A DNA stretch of 32,000 bases from the NCBI RefSeq assembly GCF_000146505.1, contig NC_017448.1:3720001-3752000 (forward strand), in the 5' to 3' direction. The stretch's first letter is position 1; each line of letters opens with the position of its first letter. Made by a program: the position numbers and the translations under genes. This document shows positions 16,527 through 25,571 of the stretch, piece by piece. This stretch comes from Fibrobacter succinogenes subsp. succinogenes S85 (lineage in GTDB: Bacteria; Fibrobacterota; Fibrobacteria; Fibrobacterales; Fibrobacteraceae). The notes under the pieces are model-generated. The model was given only the letters and a program-made list of their open reading frames with translations, searched no databases and was not told the origin of the DNA.

Positions 16527-18870
16527 AACCTTTATGCAGAATTACCTTAGAATCCCGTTTTCTGCTACAATTGCAATTCTGCCAATTTTAGCAGTGTATA
16601 AGTTTTTGCCTGGTGTATCCCTAGCATTCTTTCTATTGTGGTTATGTTTGTTTCCATTACTTTTTTTCTCAAATGAAGAAAAAAAATTTTCTTGGGAAGA
16701 ATATGTTTTTCTACTAAATATTGTAATTATATCTGTATTTGGTGCGATAGTTCATCTTACAATTGATAATGCTTGGTTTGATATAAACTTGTTTTTTCAT
16801 AACATGTTTAGTATTGTTTTATGCGTTATCCCGTTATGCATTGTTGTTAATTTGATTGATGTAAAAGTATTTGTAAAAACAGTGCTTTTTTTTGGTGTGG
16901 TTGTTTCCTTAGTTTTAATTTGGCAATGGGTTTTCTTGTTTTTGACAGGATCTTTTCAAAATGATGTCTTTATTCCTGGACTAGAATTGAATCGACGTGT
17001 TGAAACATTTGTTGTATATAGACCATCGTCTTTTTTTACTGAACCAGCACATTTTTCTATTTATGTGCTTCCAGCTTTTCAAATCGCATTGTTGCAAAAA
17101 AAATATATTTTGACTTATCTTTTTGCGCTGTCAATTTTGTGCTCGAGTAGTAGTACTGGATTTCTTATGTTGGGGATATTGCTTGTGTATCATTTATGTA
17201 AAATAGGTATGTCAAAGTGGTACCTTGCTATTGGCGTTTTGTTTTTGATTGTCCTGAGTATTGTCATCTGTTATTTCCTTTTTTCTGATATATTTTTGGT
17301 CAATATGAATAAGTTGTCTAGGATAAGCAAAGGAAGCTCTGATGACAGATTGTTTGGTCCGCTGGCTTATTTGTCGGCATTCAATGCCTGGGAACATATG
17401 TTCGGAATAACGCTGAATCAATTAGGTAATTTCTCAATTGTTGAAAATGCATGTGGCCTTTCAAAAAATTATGCAAATGCATTGATATATATGTACATTT
17501 CTTTTGGGTTGTTTGGGGTTATAAATTTTATTTTTTATATAGTGAGGAAATGGAGGTCGATTAAGGGGCCGCATGTTTTTTTCTTAATTTTTTTTGGAAT
17601 CTTTTGTACTGACCAAATTTTGTTTAATGCCCATTTCTTTTATTTAATGTGTTTTATTTTGTTGTCTGATCAAATATGTGCCAAATGTGCCAAACAAAAA
17701 AGTAAAGTAGGAAAAATGAAAGTACTATATCTTACTGTACCGTCTTTTTTTGATTTAGATATTTCTCTTGTTCGAGAAATGTCTGCGCTTGTTGATGTTC
17801 ATGTGCTGTTGGTTGTATCTCCACAATCTTTAAAATCTTCAGCTTTTTCAATTGAAAAAATTGATTCAAGATGTGAGATCTTTTCTGCAAATGAATATAA
17901 TGCTATTCAAAAGTATAAAGATGTTATAGATTTAAAGAAATGGTTTGTTGCAAATAATCCAGATAATAGTTTTTTTTCTTGCATCAAATTGTCTAAAAAA
18001 ATAAAAAATTTTATACGTCGGAACCATTTTGATATACTTCATGTTACTTCGGCGTGTAAAACGATATTTTTTTTAACTCCATTTATCTATTCTTTTCCGT
18101 ATACTTTGCTGACTGTTCATGATCCAATTGACCATGGGAATATATCTTGGTTTGAAAATTTCTTTAGACGAAAGATGTTTTACAGAGCGAATAAAAACGT
18201 CCTTCTTTTAAGCACGGCTCTTCTAGATTCGTTTTGTAAAAAATACCATGTGAAAAAAAATAGAATCTATTTTTCCTCATTAAGTGTTTATGATATATTG
18301 ACAACATTCAAAACAATGCGAAACATGTATGGAAACTATATTTTATTTTTCGGTAGGATTGAACCTTATAAAGGTGTTGATGTGCTAGTGACGGCTTATG
18401 AAAAATCGGAACTGCCTTCGAAAGGAATAAAACTAGTTATTGCAGGAAAGGGAAACTTGTGCATTACAGATTCTGACTTGTCTAAGGATGTAATTTTTAT
18501 TAATCGTTTTATTGAAAATGATGAATTGGCGAATTTAATTCGTCATTGTAAGTATGTTGTTTTGCCATACTTGTCGGCGACGCAGAGTGGTTGTGTGATG
18601 TCCGCTTTTGCATTTAACAAACCTGTTTTGGCGACAGATGTAGGTGATTTTCCATTGACAATAGAAAATAGTAAAACGGGAATGATTTGCGAAGCAAATA
18701 ATATTGACAGTCTGTGTAGGGCGATTAATGAAATGAGTAAAATAAATCTGGATATTTTGAGTGCGTGTATAAAAGAACGTTTTTGTGAAAATGGCCCTTT
18801 TTCATGGAGTAGTATTGCGAAATCGTTGTTTAATGTTTATGAATCAATTGTGCTTAATTCGAGGAATTGA
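16513..18870 (+). CDS. Single ORF fusing a Wzy-like O-antigen polymerase/ligase membrane domain (to about 17715) with a GT4 glycosyltransferase (from the in-frame ATG at 17716)
   Basis: The N-terminal ~400 aa is almost entirely hydrophobic helices (>=10 TM by eye). The C-terminal 384 aa starts MKVLYLTVPS and carries GRIEPYKGVDVL and SATQSGCVMSAFAFNKPVLATDVGD. There is no stop between them. AGGA lies 4 nt before the ATG at 17716. Alternative 5' starts are the GTG at 16501 and the ATG at 16534. Confidence 0.7.
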   Translation: MLAVETFMQNYLRIPFSATIAILPILAVYKFLPGVSLAFFLLWLCLFPLLFFSNEEKKFSWEEYVFLLNIVIISVFGAIVHLTIDNAWFDINLFFHNMFSIVLCVIPLCIVVNLIDVKVFVKTVLFFGVVVSLVLIWQWVFLFLTGSFQNDVFIPGLELNRRVETFVVYRPSSFFTEPAHFSIYVLPAFQIALLQKKYILTYLFALSILCSSSSTGFLMLGILLVYHLCKIGMSKWYLAIGVLFLIVLSIVICYFLFSDIFLVNMNKLSRISKGSSDDRLFGPLAYLSAFNAWEHMFGITLNQLGNFSIVENACGLSKNYANALIYMYISFGLFGVINFIFYIVRKWRSIKGPHVFFLIFFGIFCTDQILFNAHFFYLMCFILLSDQICAKCAKQKSKVGKMKVLYLTVPSFFDLDISLVREMSALVDVHVLLVVSPQSLKSSAFSIEKIDSRCEIFSANEYNAIQKYKDVIDLKKWFVANNPDNSFFSCIKLSKKIKNFIRRNHFDILHVTSACKTIFFLTPFIYSFPYTLLTVHDPIDHGNISWFENFFRRKMFYRANKNVLLLSTALLDSFCKKYHVKKNRIYFSSLSVYDILTTFKTMRNMYGNYILFFGRIEPYKGVDVLVTAYEKSELPSKGIKLVIAGKGNLCITDSDLSKDVIFINRFIENDELANLIRHCKYVVLPYLSATQSGCVMSAFAFNKPVLATDVGDFPLTIENSKTGMICEANNIDSLCRAINEMSKINLDILSACIKERFCENGPFSWSSIAKSLFNVYESIVLNSRN

Positions 18871-18889
18871 TTAAATTAGGAGACTAAAT

Positions 18890-19852
18890 ATGTTAGTTAG
18901 TGTGATAATCCCAGTTTTTAATGTGCAGAATTATGTGGGACGCACTATCGAGTGCATTCAGAATCAGTCTTATAGAGATCTCGAAATTATTATAGTTGAT
19001 GACGGCTCAACGGATGACTCAGGAAAGATTTGTGATTCATTTGCTTCGCATGATCAAAGAATAAAGGTATTTCATAAACAAAATGGTGGTGTTTCAAAAG
19101 CGAGAAATTATGGTCTTGCAAAATCACAAGGTGATTGTTTTACATTTATAGATGCAGATGATTTGGTTGGACTCGATTATGTTCGTGACCTTGTTCACGT
19201 GATGAAACTATATGATGCCGGTGTGGTTCGCCCAATTTGGGAGAAATGTGGTGAAATATTTGATTACGGCTTGTCCTATGATGAAAATGGCGCCTTTTTG
19301 ATGGAAAAAAAAGATTTTGACAGCATGCGTTATTGTAATTCTATATGGGGATTATACGATAAAAAGTTCATATCGAATTTGTTCTTTAAGGAAGATATTC
19401 ATTTGTGTGAGGATACTCTTTTTAATTTTTCAGCCTTTTTAATGGCTGGAAAAATGGCGTTGACAAATCGTGCGTGTTACAACTATATTGTCAGAAATGA
19501 TTCTGTCTGCAATCAAAAAATAGGAAGAAAACAGCTTACTATTTGCAATGCTTATCATGAAATGTACAATCTAATAGAAGATGATGAAAAATTAAAAGAT
19601 GTTGTCGAGAAATTTGAATTTGGGACGTTGATTAATTTACACAGGAAAATAGTAATAAACAAAACGTATAAAGAATATGTTGATGAATTTAAAAGCATTC
19701 GAAAAAGAATCATTTTCCTTAAATCCAAATGGTTAAAGGAAGAAAAGATGTCTACGCAATTGTCGGAATATATTTTTTTGTATTGCCCTGCAATAATCGC
19801 AAACATGTGTTATAAAGTTAAAGGCTTACTTCCTTTTATTTTTAGGCGTTAA
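18890..19852 (+). CDS. Glycosyltransferase family 2 (GT-A)
   Basis: 320 aa. VSVIIPVFNV, IIVDDGSTDDS and IDADD. Confidence 0.85.
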   Translation: MLVSVIIPVFNVQNYVGRTIECIQNQSYRDLEIIIVDDGSTDDSGKICDSFASHDQRIKVFHKQNGGVSKARNYGLAKSQGDCFTFIDADDLVGLDYVRDLVHVMKLYDAGVVRPIWEKCGEIFDYGLSYDENGAFLMEKKDFDSMRYCNSIWGLYDKKFISNLFFKEDIHLCEDTLFNFSAFLMAGKMALTNRACYNYIVRNDSVCNQKIGRKQLTICNAYHEMYNLIEDDEKLKDVVEKFEFGTLINLHRKIVINKTYKEYVDEFKSIRKRIIFLKSKWLKEEKMSTQLSEYIFLYCPAIIANMCYKVKGLLPFIFRR

Positions 19853-19894
19853 TCCTCCTTTAGATAAGCTCTTCTAACAAAAAGGTCTGGTTTT

Positions 19895-20905
19895 ATGAAC
19901 GTAGTCATTGTAACGCAACGATTAGAGAATAATTATGGTGGTATTTTGCAAAATTACGCCTTGCAAAAAATATTAATAAGAAACAACCATTCTCCGATAA
20001 CGGTTGATGTGCTACCAAGGCAGACTCCATGGTGGATTTATTTGTGTTCTTGGATGAAAACATGTTTATTTCTATTCTTTAAGGCGAAACGAAGACATTT
20101 TGCTAAAATTGGAAAGATTCCCTTTAGAAATTCATTGTTTGGTTTATTTGTTTCTGAAAACATAAAGACAACGGGTTTATGTCGAAAACTTTCAAAAAAT
20201 GTTCTTGCTCAATATAAAGCAGATGCTGTTATAGTTGGCTCTGATCAGGTTTGGCGTCCTATGTATAATTGTCGAATTGAAGATATGTTTCTTAAATTTG
20301 CTAAAGATTTTCCGATGAAGCGTATTTCATATGCAGCATCATTTGGTGTTGATTTTTGGGAGTATACGCCACAAAAGACCAAAGTGTGTTCTGAGCTTGC
20401 TCAAAAATTCGATGCTATCAGTGTCCGCGAAGAATCTGGCGTAGAACTTTGCAAAGTGCATCTTGGTGTTGATGCAACATGGGTTTTGGATCCAACTCTG
20501 TTATTGACCAAAGAAGATTACTTGCCGATTTGCGAAGAAGTTCCTGTTTGTAACGAAAAATACCTTGCTGTGTATGTGTTGGATGAAAACGAAGAGGTAA
20601 TCACAACTTACAAAAAAAAGGCTACAGCTCGTGGGCTGATTGTCAAAAAATTCCATGCCGATTCCAAATCAACTTTGACAATTCCTGAATGGCTAGCCGT
20701 GTTCCGTGACGCTTCTTATGTGGTGACGGATTCCTTTCATGGAACTGTTTTCTCGATAATTTTTGGTAAGGAATTCAAGTGCATCTATAATGAAAAACGT
20801 GGATCAGCACGTTTTAAATCTCTCTTGAACTTGTATAATTCAGGAAAAATAGAAACTATGCGTGAATTTTCGTTGAATTGGCTTAAGAATGCTTTGGAAA
20901 AATAA
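19895..20905 (+). CDS. Polysaccharide pyruvyl transferase family protein (WcaK/CsaB-like)
   Basis: 336 aa. VGSDQVWRP and VVTDSFHGTVFSIIFGKEF motifs as I recall them for PS_pyruv_trans. Confidence 0.75.
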   Translation: MNVVIVTQRLENNYGGILQNYALQKILIRNNHSPITVDVLPRQTPWWIYLCSWMKTCLFLFFKAKRRHFAKIGKIPFRNSLFGLFVSENIKTTGLCRKLSKNVLAQYKADAVIVGSDQVWRPMYNCRIEDMFLKFAKDFPMKRISYAASFGVDFWEYTPQKTKVCSELAQKFDAISVREESGVELCKVHLGVDATWVLDPTLLLTKEDYLPICEEVPVCNEKYLAVYVLDENEEVITTYKKKATARGLIVKKFHADSKSTLTIPEWLAVFRDASYVVTDSFHGTVFSIIFGKEFKCIYNEKRGSARFKSLLNLYNSGKIETMREFSLNWLKNALEK

Positions 20906-21457
20906 ATGAAATTAGAAAGAGACTCAAACTGTTCTTCTTGCGCGGCCTGTGCGAACATTTGCGCTCGAAGCGCAATAACAATGCGATTGGATGATAAAGG
21001 TTTTTATCGTCCTGTTATTGATACTGATAAATGTATATTCTGCGGAACTTGTGAGCAAGTCTGCCCGTGGACGAATGTTGTTTCAAATCCTAATGAATGT
21101 TTTAATGAGCCAAGAACTGTTGCAGCCTTTGCTAAGAATGATTCTATCCGCCTTGAATCGTCTAGTGGAGGTATCTTTACGATGTATCATCCAGAAATGG
21201 ATGATAACAAGGGGACTTCAGTTGTTCTGCTGAATTCCAATCATGGCAAAACCCTATTCGACTCCATTGCTGATAAAATTGTTCAATGCGAATCGAAGTT
21301 GGAATACGCCATCGAAGGCAACCCCTGCATAGTCCGCTCTAGTAATCCACACCCCAAACGCGCCGAATTCTTTGCGAATTTGGACAAGTGCTCCATGGAC
21401 GATCTGATAAATAAATATAGTCCTTATCCTTCATTTCCAAAACGAATGTATCACTAG
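20906..21457 (+). CDS. 4Fe-4S / coenzyme F420 hydrogenase beta (FrhB)-like protein with a large internal in-frame deletion; probably non-functional
   Basis: 183 aa against my recollection of about 400+ for relatives. Two ferredoxin Cys clusters (CSSCAACANIC; CIFCGTCEQVCP) and the start of the FrhB N domain (SSSGGIFT) run directly into the extreme C-terminal segment (DDNKGTSVVLLNSNHGKTLF...PKRAEFF). Confidence 0.55.
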   Translation: MKLERDSNCSSCAACANICARSAITMRLDDKGFYRPVIDTDKCIFCGTCEQVCPWTNVVSNPNECFNEPRTVAAFAKNDSIRLESSSGGIFTMYHPEMDDNKGTSVVLLNSNHGKTLFDSIADKIVQCESKLEYAIEGNPCIVRSSNPHPKRAEFFANLDKCSMDDLINKYSPYPSFPKRMYH

Positions 21458-21507
21458 GCAAAAAGATCCGTGAAAAAGATCGTGAATTCAATAAAGGGAA
21501 ATTGAAA

Positions 21508-22539
21508 ATGCGTACTCAAGAAGAAATAATGAAAAAATGGCCTACGAATTGGACAACTCCAATGGTAAGCGTTCGGTGTATTACGTATAACCAAGAATCG
21601 TATATTGCAAAAGCTCTTGACGGTTTTTTAATGCAAGAGACCGATTTTCCTTTTGAAGTTATCGTTCATGATGATGCATCTACAGATCGAACAGCTGATA
21701 TCATAAGAGAATACGTGGCCAAGTTCCCGAAGATAATCAAGCCAATTTATGAAACTGAAAATCAATATTCGAAACGGGATGGCTCCATTGCACGAATTAT
21801 GTTGCCCTTTTTAAGGGGTAAATATGTTGCTTTTTGCGAAGGGGATGATTATTGGTGTGATGCAAACAAACTGCAACTCCAATATGAAGCCATGGAACAA
21901 CATCCAGAATGTTCAATTTGCCTACACAAGGTTCAAGTTATTTATGAAAATGGTGAGAAAACAAAAAGGATTATGCCTGCTGGGAAAAAATTTAAAACAG
22001 GATTCATAACTCAAGATGAATACGCTTATTGCATAATATCTCAAGCGGATGTATATTTTCATTTGTCCAGTTATTTTACAAAGACTGATTTCTTGATTCG
22101 TATTCAGAGGAATAAGCCAGATTACTACAAATACTCTACTGCTGGAGATGCTAAATTACAGCGTTTTTGTTTAAATGAAGGAAAACCATTCTTTATAGAC
22201 AGAATTATGTCTTGTTACCGCACTCAAAGTCGTGGCTCGTGGACATTGAGAGAACATTCGACAAAAGAGCAACGAAAAAAACACATGGAAAATATGATCA
22301 AGTTAGATGATTCTTTTGATAATTATTCAAATTATCGCTTTCATAATTTTATAGAATATGGTAAAAAATATCGTTTCTATCGTTATTTAGATCGTTTCAG
22401 CCAATATAAGGAACTGTTAAAAAAAGAAAATAAGGAAAAATTACCCCCAATCCCCATCGCTCGAAAGATTTATTACAGAATACTCTCTGTATTCCCTTGG
22501 GTGCGCAATGTGGTTATTTTCTTAAGAAAATATGTGTAA
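21508..22539 (+). CDS. Glycosyltransferase family 2 (GT-A)
   Basis: The ATG at 21508 is preferred over the TTG at 21502. VSVRCITYNQESYI, VIVHDDASTDRT and CEGDDYW. Confidence 0.8.
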   Translation: MRTQEEIMKKWPTNWTTPMVSVRCITYNQESYIAKALDGFLMQETDFPFEVIVHDDASTDRTADIIREYVAKFPKIIKPIYETENQYSKRDGSIARIMLPFLRGKYVAFCEGDDYWCDANKLQLQYEAMEQHPECSICLHKVQVIYENGEKTKRIMPAGKKFKTGFITQDEYAYCIISQADVYFHLSSYFTKTDFLIRIQRNKPDYYKYSTAGDAKLQRFCLNEGKPFFIDRIMSCYRTQSRGSWTLREHSTKEQRKKHMENMIKLDDSFDNYSNYRFHNFIEYGKKYRFYRYLDRFSQYKELLKKENKEKLPPIPIARKIYYRILSVFPWVRNVVIFLRKYV

Positions 22540-22766
22540 TAAGAGGTGTTCTCTAGCCCCTCTTACAGGCATTCCTCGTTGTATAGGGTTCTCTATGTAG
22601 TGGGGAGGAGTGATGACTTGCTGCGTATCCATGCTGGTCGCAATCGTGGTCAACGTCGAAGGCTAACGCGAAATTCAGGTAGCTGCAGAGGGGTGGATTG
22701 TGACTCAGTTTAGTTTACAGCCTCTTTGTGGTTGAATTATTAACGAAATGAGTAACCTTGATATAG

Positions 22767-23741
22767 TTAGATGACGAATTTCTTGTTTTTGATTCTATCC
22801 AATTCACCCCTATCAAAAGCGGCAATATTTTCGACAGCCCCTCTCATCATACCCTGGAAGGTTTCAAAGGAAAGCCCAGCAATATGCGGTGTAAGGATTA
22901 CATTATCAAGCGTCTTTAGGGGATCATCTGCTAGCATAGGTTCTTCATAGTGGACGTCGAGCCCAGCAGAGCGAATCTTGCCGGAAACAAGCGCCTTATA
23001 CAGAGCATCTTCGTCAATAAGCTTGCCTCGTGCCGTATTCACTACAATGGCTCCATCCTTCATCTTTTCAAGGGCCACCGCATTTAAAATCTTTTGATTG
23101 TCCGCAGTCAGTGGGCAATGGAAAGAGAGAATATCCGCATCAGGCAGCAGTTCGTCAAATGAAGCCCGGAAAGAGATTCCCAAAGTCTTTTCGACATCTT
23201 CATTTTGGCGGAATATATCCGTATAGATAATGTTGGCTCCAAAAGCATGGAGAATACCAGCCGTAATGCGGCCTATGTTCCCCATGCCAACCATGGCAAC
23301 CGTCTTGCCAAAGAGTTCGTTACAGGAGACTCCAGTTTCCTGCTTTTTCCAAACGCCCTTCTTGACATTCGATGAAATCAGCGGAATGTTCTTGAGACAA
23401 TTTAGAATCAAAGTTACGGTATGCTCAGCCACACTACGGGCATTTATACCAGCATTCACATAAACGGGAATCTTTCGAGCCTTGATAGCTGCTTTGTCAA
23501 GCATTTCCGTACCAACACCTGTACGCTGAATCATTTTCAAGTTTTTTGCGGCAGTCAACACTTCTTCATTTATGAGCAGACGTCCGCTCACAAGAAAATA
23601 GTCGGCATCAACAGCTTCCTTGATAAGCTGTTCTTGCGTCGGTTCATCAAGGGTTTTGATTTCAAAACCTGCAGGGACGACGCTCTTGAGAATTTCCCAG
23701 GGTTTACCCGTGTACCGGTATGTGTGTAGAATTTTTGGCAT
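22767..23741 (-). CDS. D-isomer-specific 2-hydroxyacid dehydrogenase (NAD-binding; PGDH/glyoxylate reductase-like)
   Basis: 324 aa. GMGNIGRITAGIL Rossmann loop, NTARG, and TPHIAG (catalytic His). Its start overlaps the upstream acyltransferase by 38 nt. Confidence 0.85.
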   Translation of the reverse strand: MPKILHTYRYTGKPWEILKSVVPAGFEIKTLDEPTQEQLIKEAVDADYFLVSGRLLINEEVLTAAKNLKMIQRTGVGTEMLDKAAIKARKIPVYVNAGINARSVAEHTVTLILNCLKNIPLISSNVKKGVWKKQETGVSCNELFGKTVAMVGMGNIGRITAGILHAFGANIIYTDIFRQNEDVEKTLGISFRASFDELLPDADILSFHCPLTADNQKILNAVALEKMKDGAIVVNTARGKLIDEDALYKALVSGKIRSAGLDVHYEEPMLADDPLKTLDNVILTPHIAGLSFETFQGMMRGAVENIAAFDRGELDRIKNKKFVI

Positions 23742-24702
23742 AATAGATAATGTGTGAAATAAGCAAGGTTATAAAAACAACAATTAAAGGCAAAACATAC
23801 AACGCAACTACATTAGACGCAACACCGCAAAGTTCATAAACATGCTCCATAGTATGCCAAACAATTGGATGAATAATATACACGAACATAGAGTATCGTT
23901 TTCCTATTATTTGAAGAACCCCAGCATGTTTATTTGGATTGTTTACAGCATAGAGAAATAGACAAAATACTTGGGGAAAAGTAACTATGTTCACACCAAA
24001 ATCTCGCCCCATCAAAAATCTCTCTAACAAGCATAATACAGTACATACAATGGCGATAGCCATTACCCCCCCCCGTGTAAATTTCAGTTTACTTTTATAA
24101 GCATGTATCCAGTTTCCCATCGTAAAGAAACACAAACCCTCAACAAAAAAATTTCTATAGTACATATTTGGAATTTTTATTCCTGCAAGATGCATGCCTT
24201 GAGCTAGAAGTATATAAACAAAAATCATAATCGTTGCAACAACATAGATACTCTTAATTTTATGTACTCTTAAAACAAGAGCGAATAAAACATAATCATA
24301 CAACAAAGCAAATAAAAACCAGTATTGTCCCGCAACGACAAACGGCTGATTAAAAAGGAGCAAGTTAAGTAAAGCGCCTTTGCTAAAATAAAACACAGAT
24401 TTGCCAAATACAAAATATTGAACAAAGTCAAATAAAACATAGGCAACACATGCATACAAGGTTATTTTGCCCACATGCTTTATTTTTCTCGCCATATTGC
24501 TATTTATTTTCTCAGGATTTGCTGAAATAAAATAGCAGAAATAACCAGAAACCATAAAAAATAGCGGAACACAAAAACGGCTTACAGCTTGGACTACCGT
24601 TCCCAACAATCCAGGGAACTCGCAATGCATAAAAACTACGCAAATACACGCAATTCCTTTTATAAAATCCAAACAGTAATTATATTGTTTTGTTTCCGAC
24701 AT
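23704..24702 (-). CDS. Acyltransferase family 3 membrane protein (O-acyl/acetyltransferase), carries a G9 tract
   Basis: 332 aa, polytopic. N-terminal FIKGIACICVVFMHC and VPLFFMVSGY motifs of Acyl_transf_3. Very AT-rich (23% GC in one 60-nt spot count). Confidence 0.8.
   Translation of the reverse strand: MSETKQYNYCLDFIKGIACICVVFMHCEFPGLLGTVVQAVSRFCVPLFFMVSGYFCYFISANPEKINSNMARKIKHVGKITLYACVAYVLFDFVQYFVFGKSVFYFSKGALLNLLLFNQPFVVAGQYWFLFALLYDYVLFALVLRVHKIKSIYVVATIMIFVYILLAQGMHLAGIKIPNMYYRNFFVEGLCFFTMGNWIHAYKSKLKFTRGGVMAIAIVCTVLCLLERFLMGRDFGVNIVTFPQVFCLFLYAVNNPNKHAGVLQIIGKRYSMFVYIIHPIVWHTMEHVYELCGVASNVVALYVLPLIVVFITLLISHIIYYAKNSTHIPVHG
24066..24074 (-). repeat. Homopolymeric G9 tract (coding strand) inside acyltransferase 1; frame intact (ON)
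   Basis: C9 on the plus strand, encoding ..T-R-G-G-V.. at about codon 210. Confidence 0.9.
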
Positions 24703-24708
24703 CTTTGT

Positions 24709-25554
24709 TTACAGCTCCACAGTTGCCCTTCGCGGTTCAAAACAACAGCAGGGACGTAAGGCAACAATCCTAACACCACTCGCACGCTGCGGGCCAACTT
24801 TTGCAAACGTTGCAAGCACGCTAGTCTTGCCACCAAGCCCTAAAGCACCTACATTGGATTCGTTCACCCTTTCCGTGATCGTCTTTTCAAATTCAGACTG
24901 GAAGTCGTAATTGCCCTTGGCCATTGCTTCCATCATCATAGACGTTGCTTCAAACTGCGATCGTCCAATACCAACAGCCAATGTACACGGAGAGCAGCCT
25001 AACTGCGATACAGCCGGAATCGCACGAGCGACAATTTCATCAATCACCACTTGCACGCTATGCTTGTGAAACACGCGCTGCGTAATCCCACGAATAGCTG
25101 GACCACCACCAAGCATCAAAATAGTCAAACGCAAAACATCTTCTTCGACCGGCTTGATCAGAATCGGAGACGGAGCCAAAGCGCCAGAATCAGGATTCAA
25201 ACCGCCTGATTGATCAATACGGTGATAATCGTCGCCCAAAATCGCCATGGGGCGTCCTGGCAACTTGCGAAGTCCAGCCTCAATACCAGCGTGAATCTGA
25301 GCCAAAACATCTCCAGTAACCTGACGATTCGGACCAACCTCAATAAAGATATGTGGAATGCCGGTATCGTCGCACAAAGGCCCACGATTCTTTTCGGCAA
25401 CCAAAGCATTATCTAAAACCTGCTGCATCACCCAACAGCTATTCGTTCCCGGCTCTTTAGCAATAGCCCTGCGATACGCTTCTTTCTGGTCTTCCCTAAA
25501 GGTAGATCCAGCTTGTATCAAACATTCACAAACTTTCTGTTCAATATCTGTCAT
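24709..25554 (-). CDS. Fe-S type hydro-lyase alpha subunit (class I fumarate hydratase N-terminal / tartrate dehydratase TtdA-like)
   Basis: 281 aa. CDDTGIPHIFIEVG corresponds to the C-Q-D-T-G motif of class I fumarase/TtdA. Additional Cys residues (CSPC, CCC) are available for the cluster. Confidence 0.75.
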   Translation of the reverse strand: MTDIEQKVCECLIQAGSTFREDQKEAYRRAIAKEPGTNSCWVMQQVLDNALVAEKNRGPLCDDTGIPHIFIEVGPNRQVTGDVLAQIHAGIEAGLRKLPGRPMAILGDDYHRIDQSGGLNPDSGALAPSPILIKPVEEDVLRLTILMLGGGPAIRGITQRVFHKHSVQVVIDEIVARAIPAVSQLGCSPCTLAVGIGRSQFEATSMMMEAMAKGNYDFQSEFEKTITERVNESNVGALGLGGKTSVLATFAKVGPQRASGVRIVALRPCCCFEPRRATVEL

Positions 25555-25571
25555 AATTCACCACCCAAATG

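Noticed and set aside
22613-22666. 17-aa hydrophobic mini-ORF with a strong SD as a type I toxin or leader peptide
   Set aside because: It is shorter than known type I toxins, I identified no antisense RNA, and it sits in what may simply be relic DNA. I mention it only inside the spacer finding.
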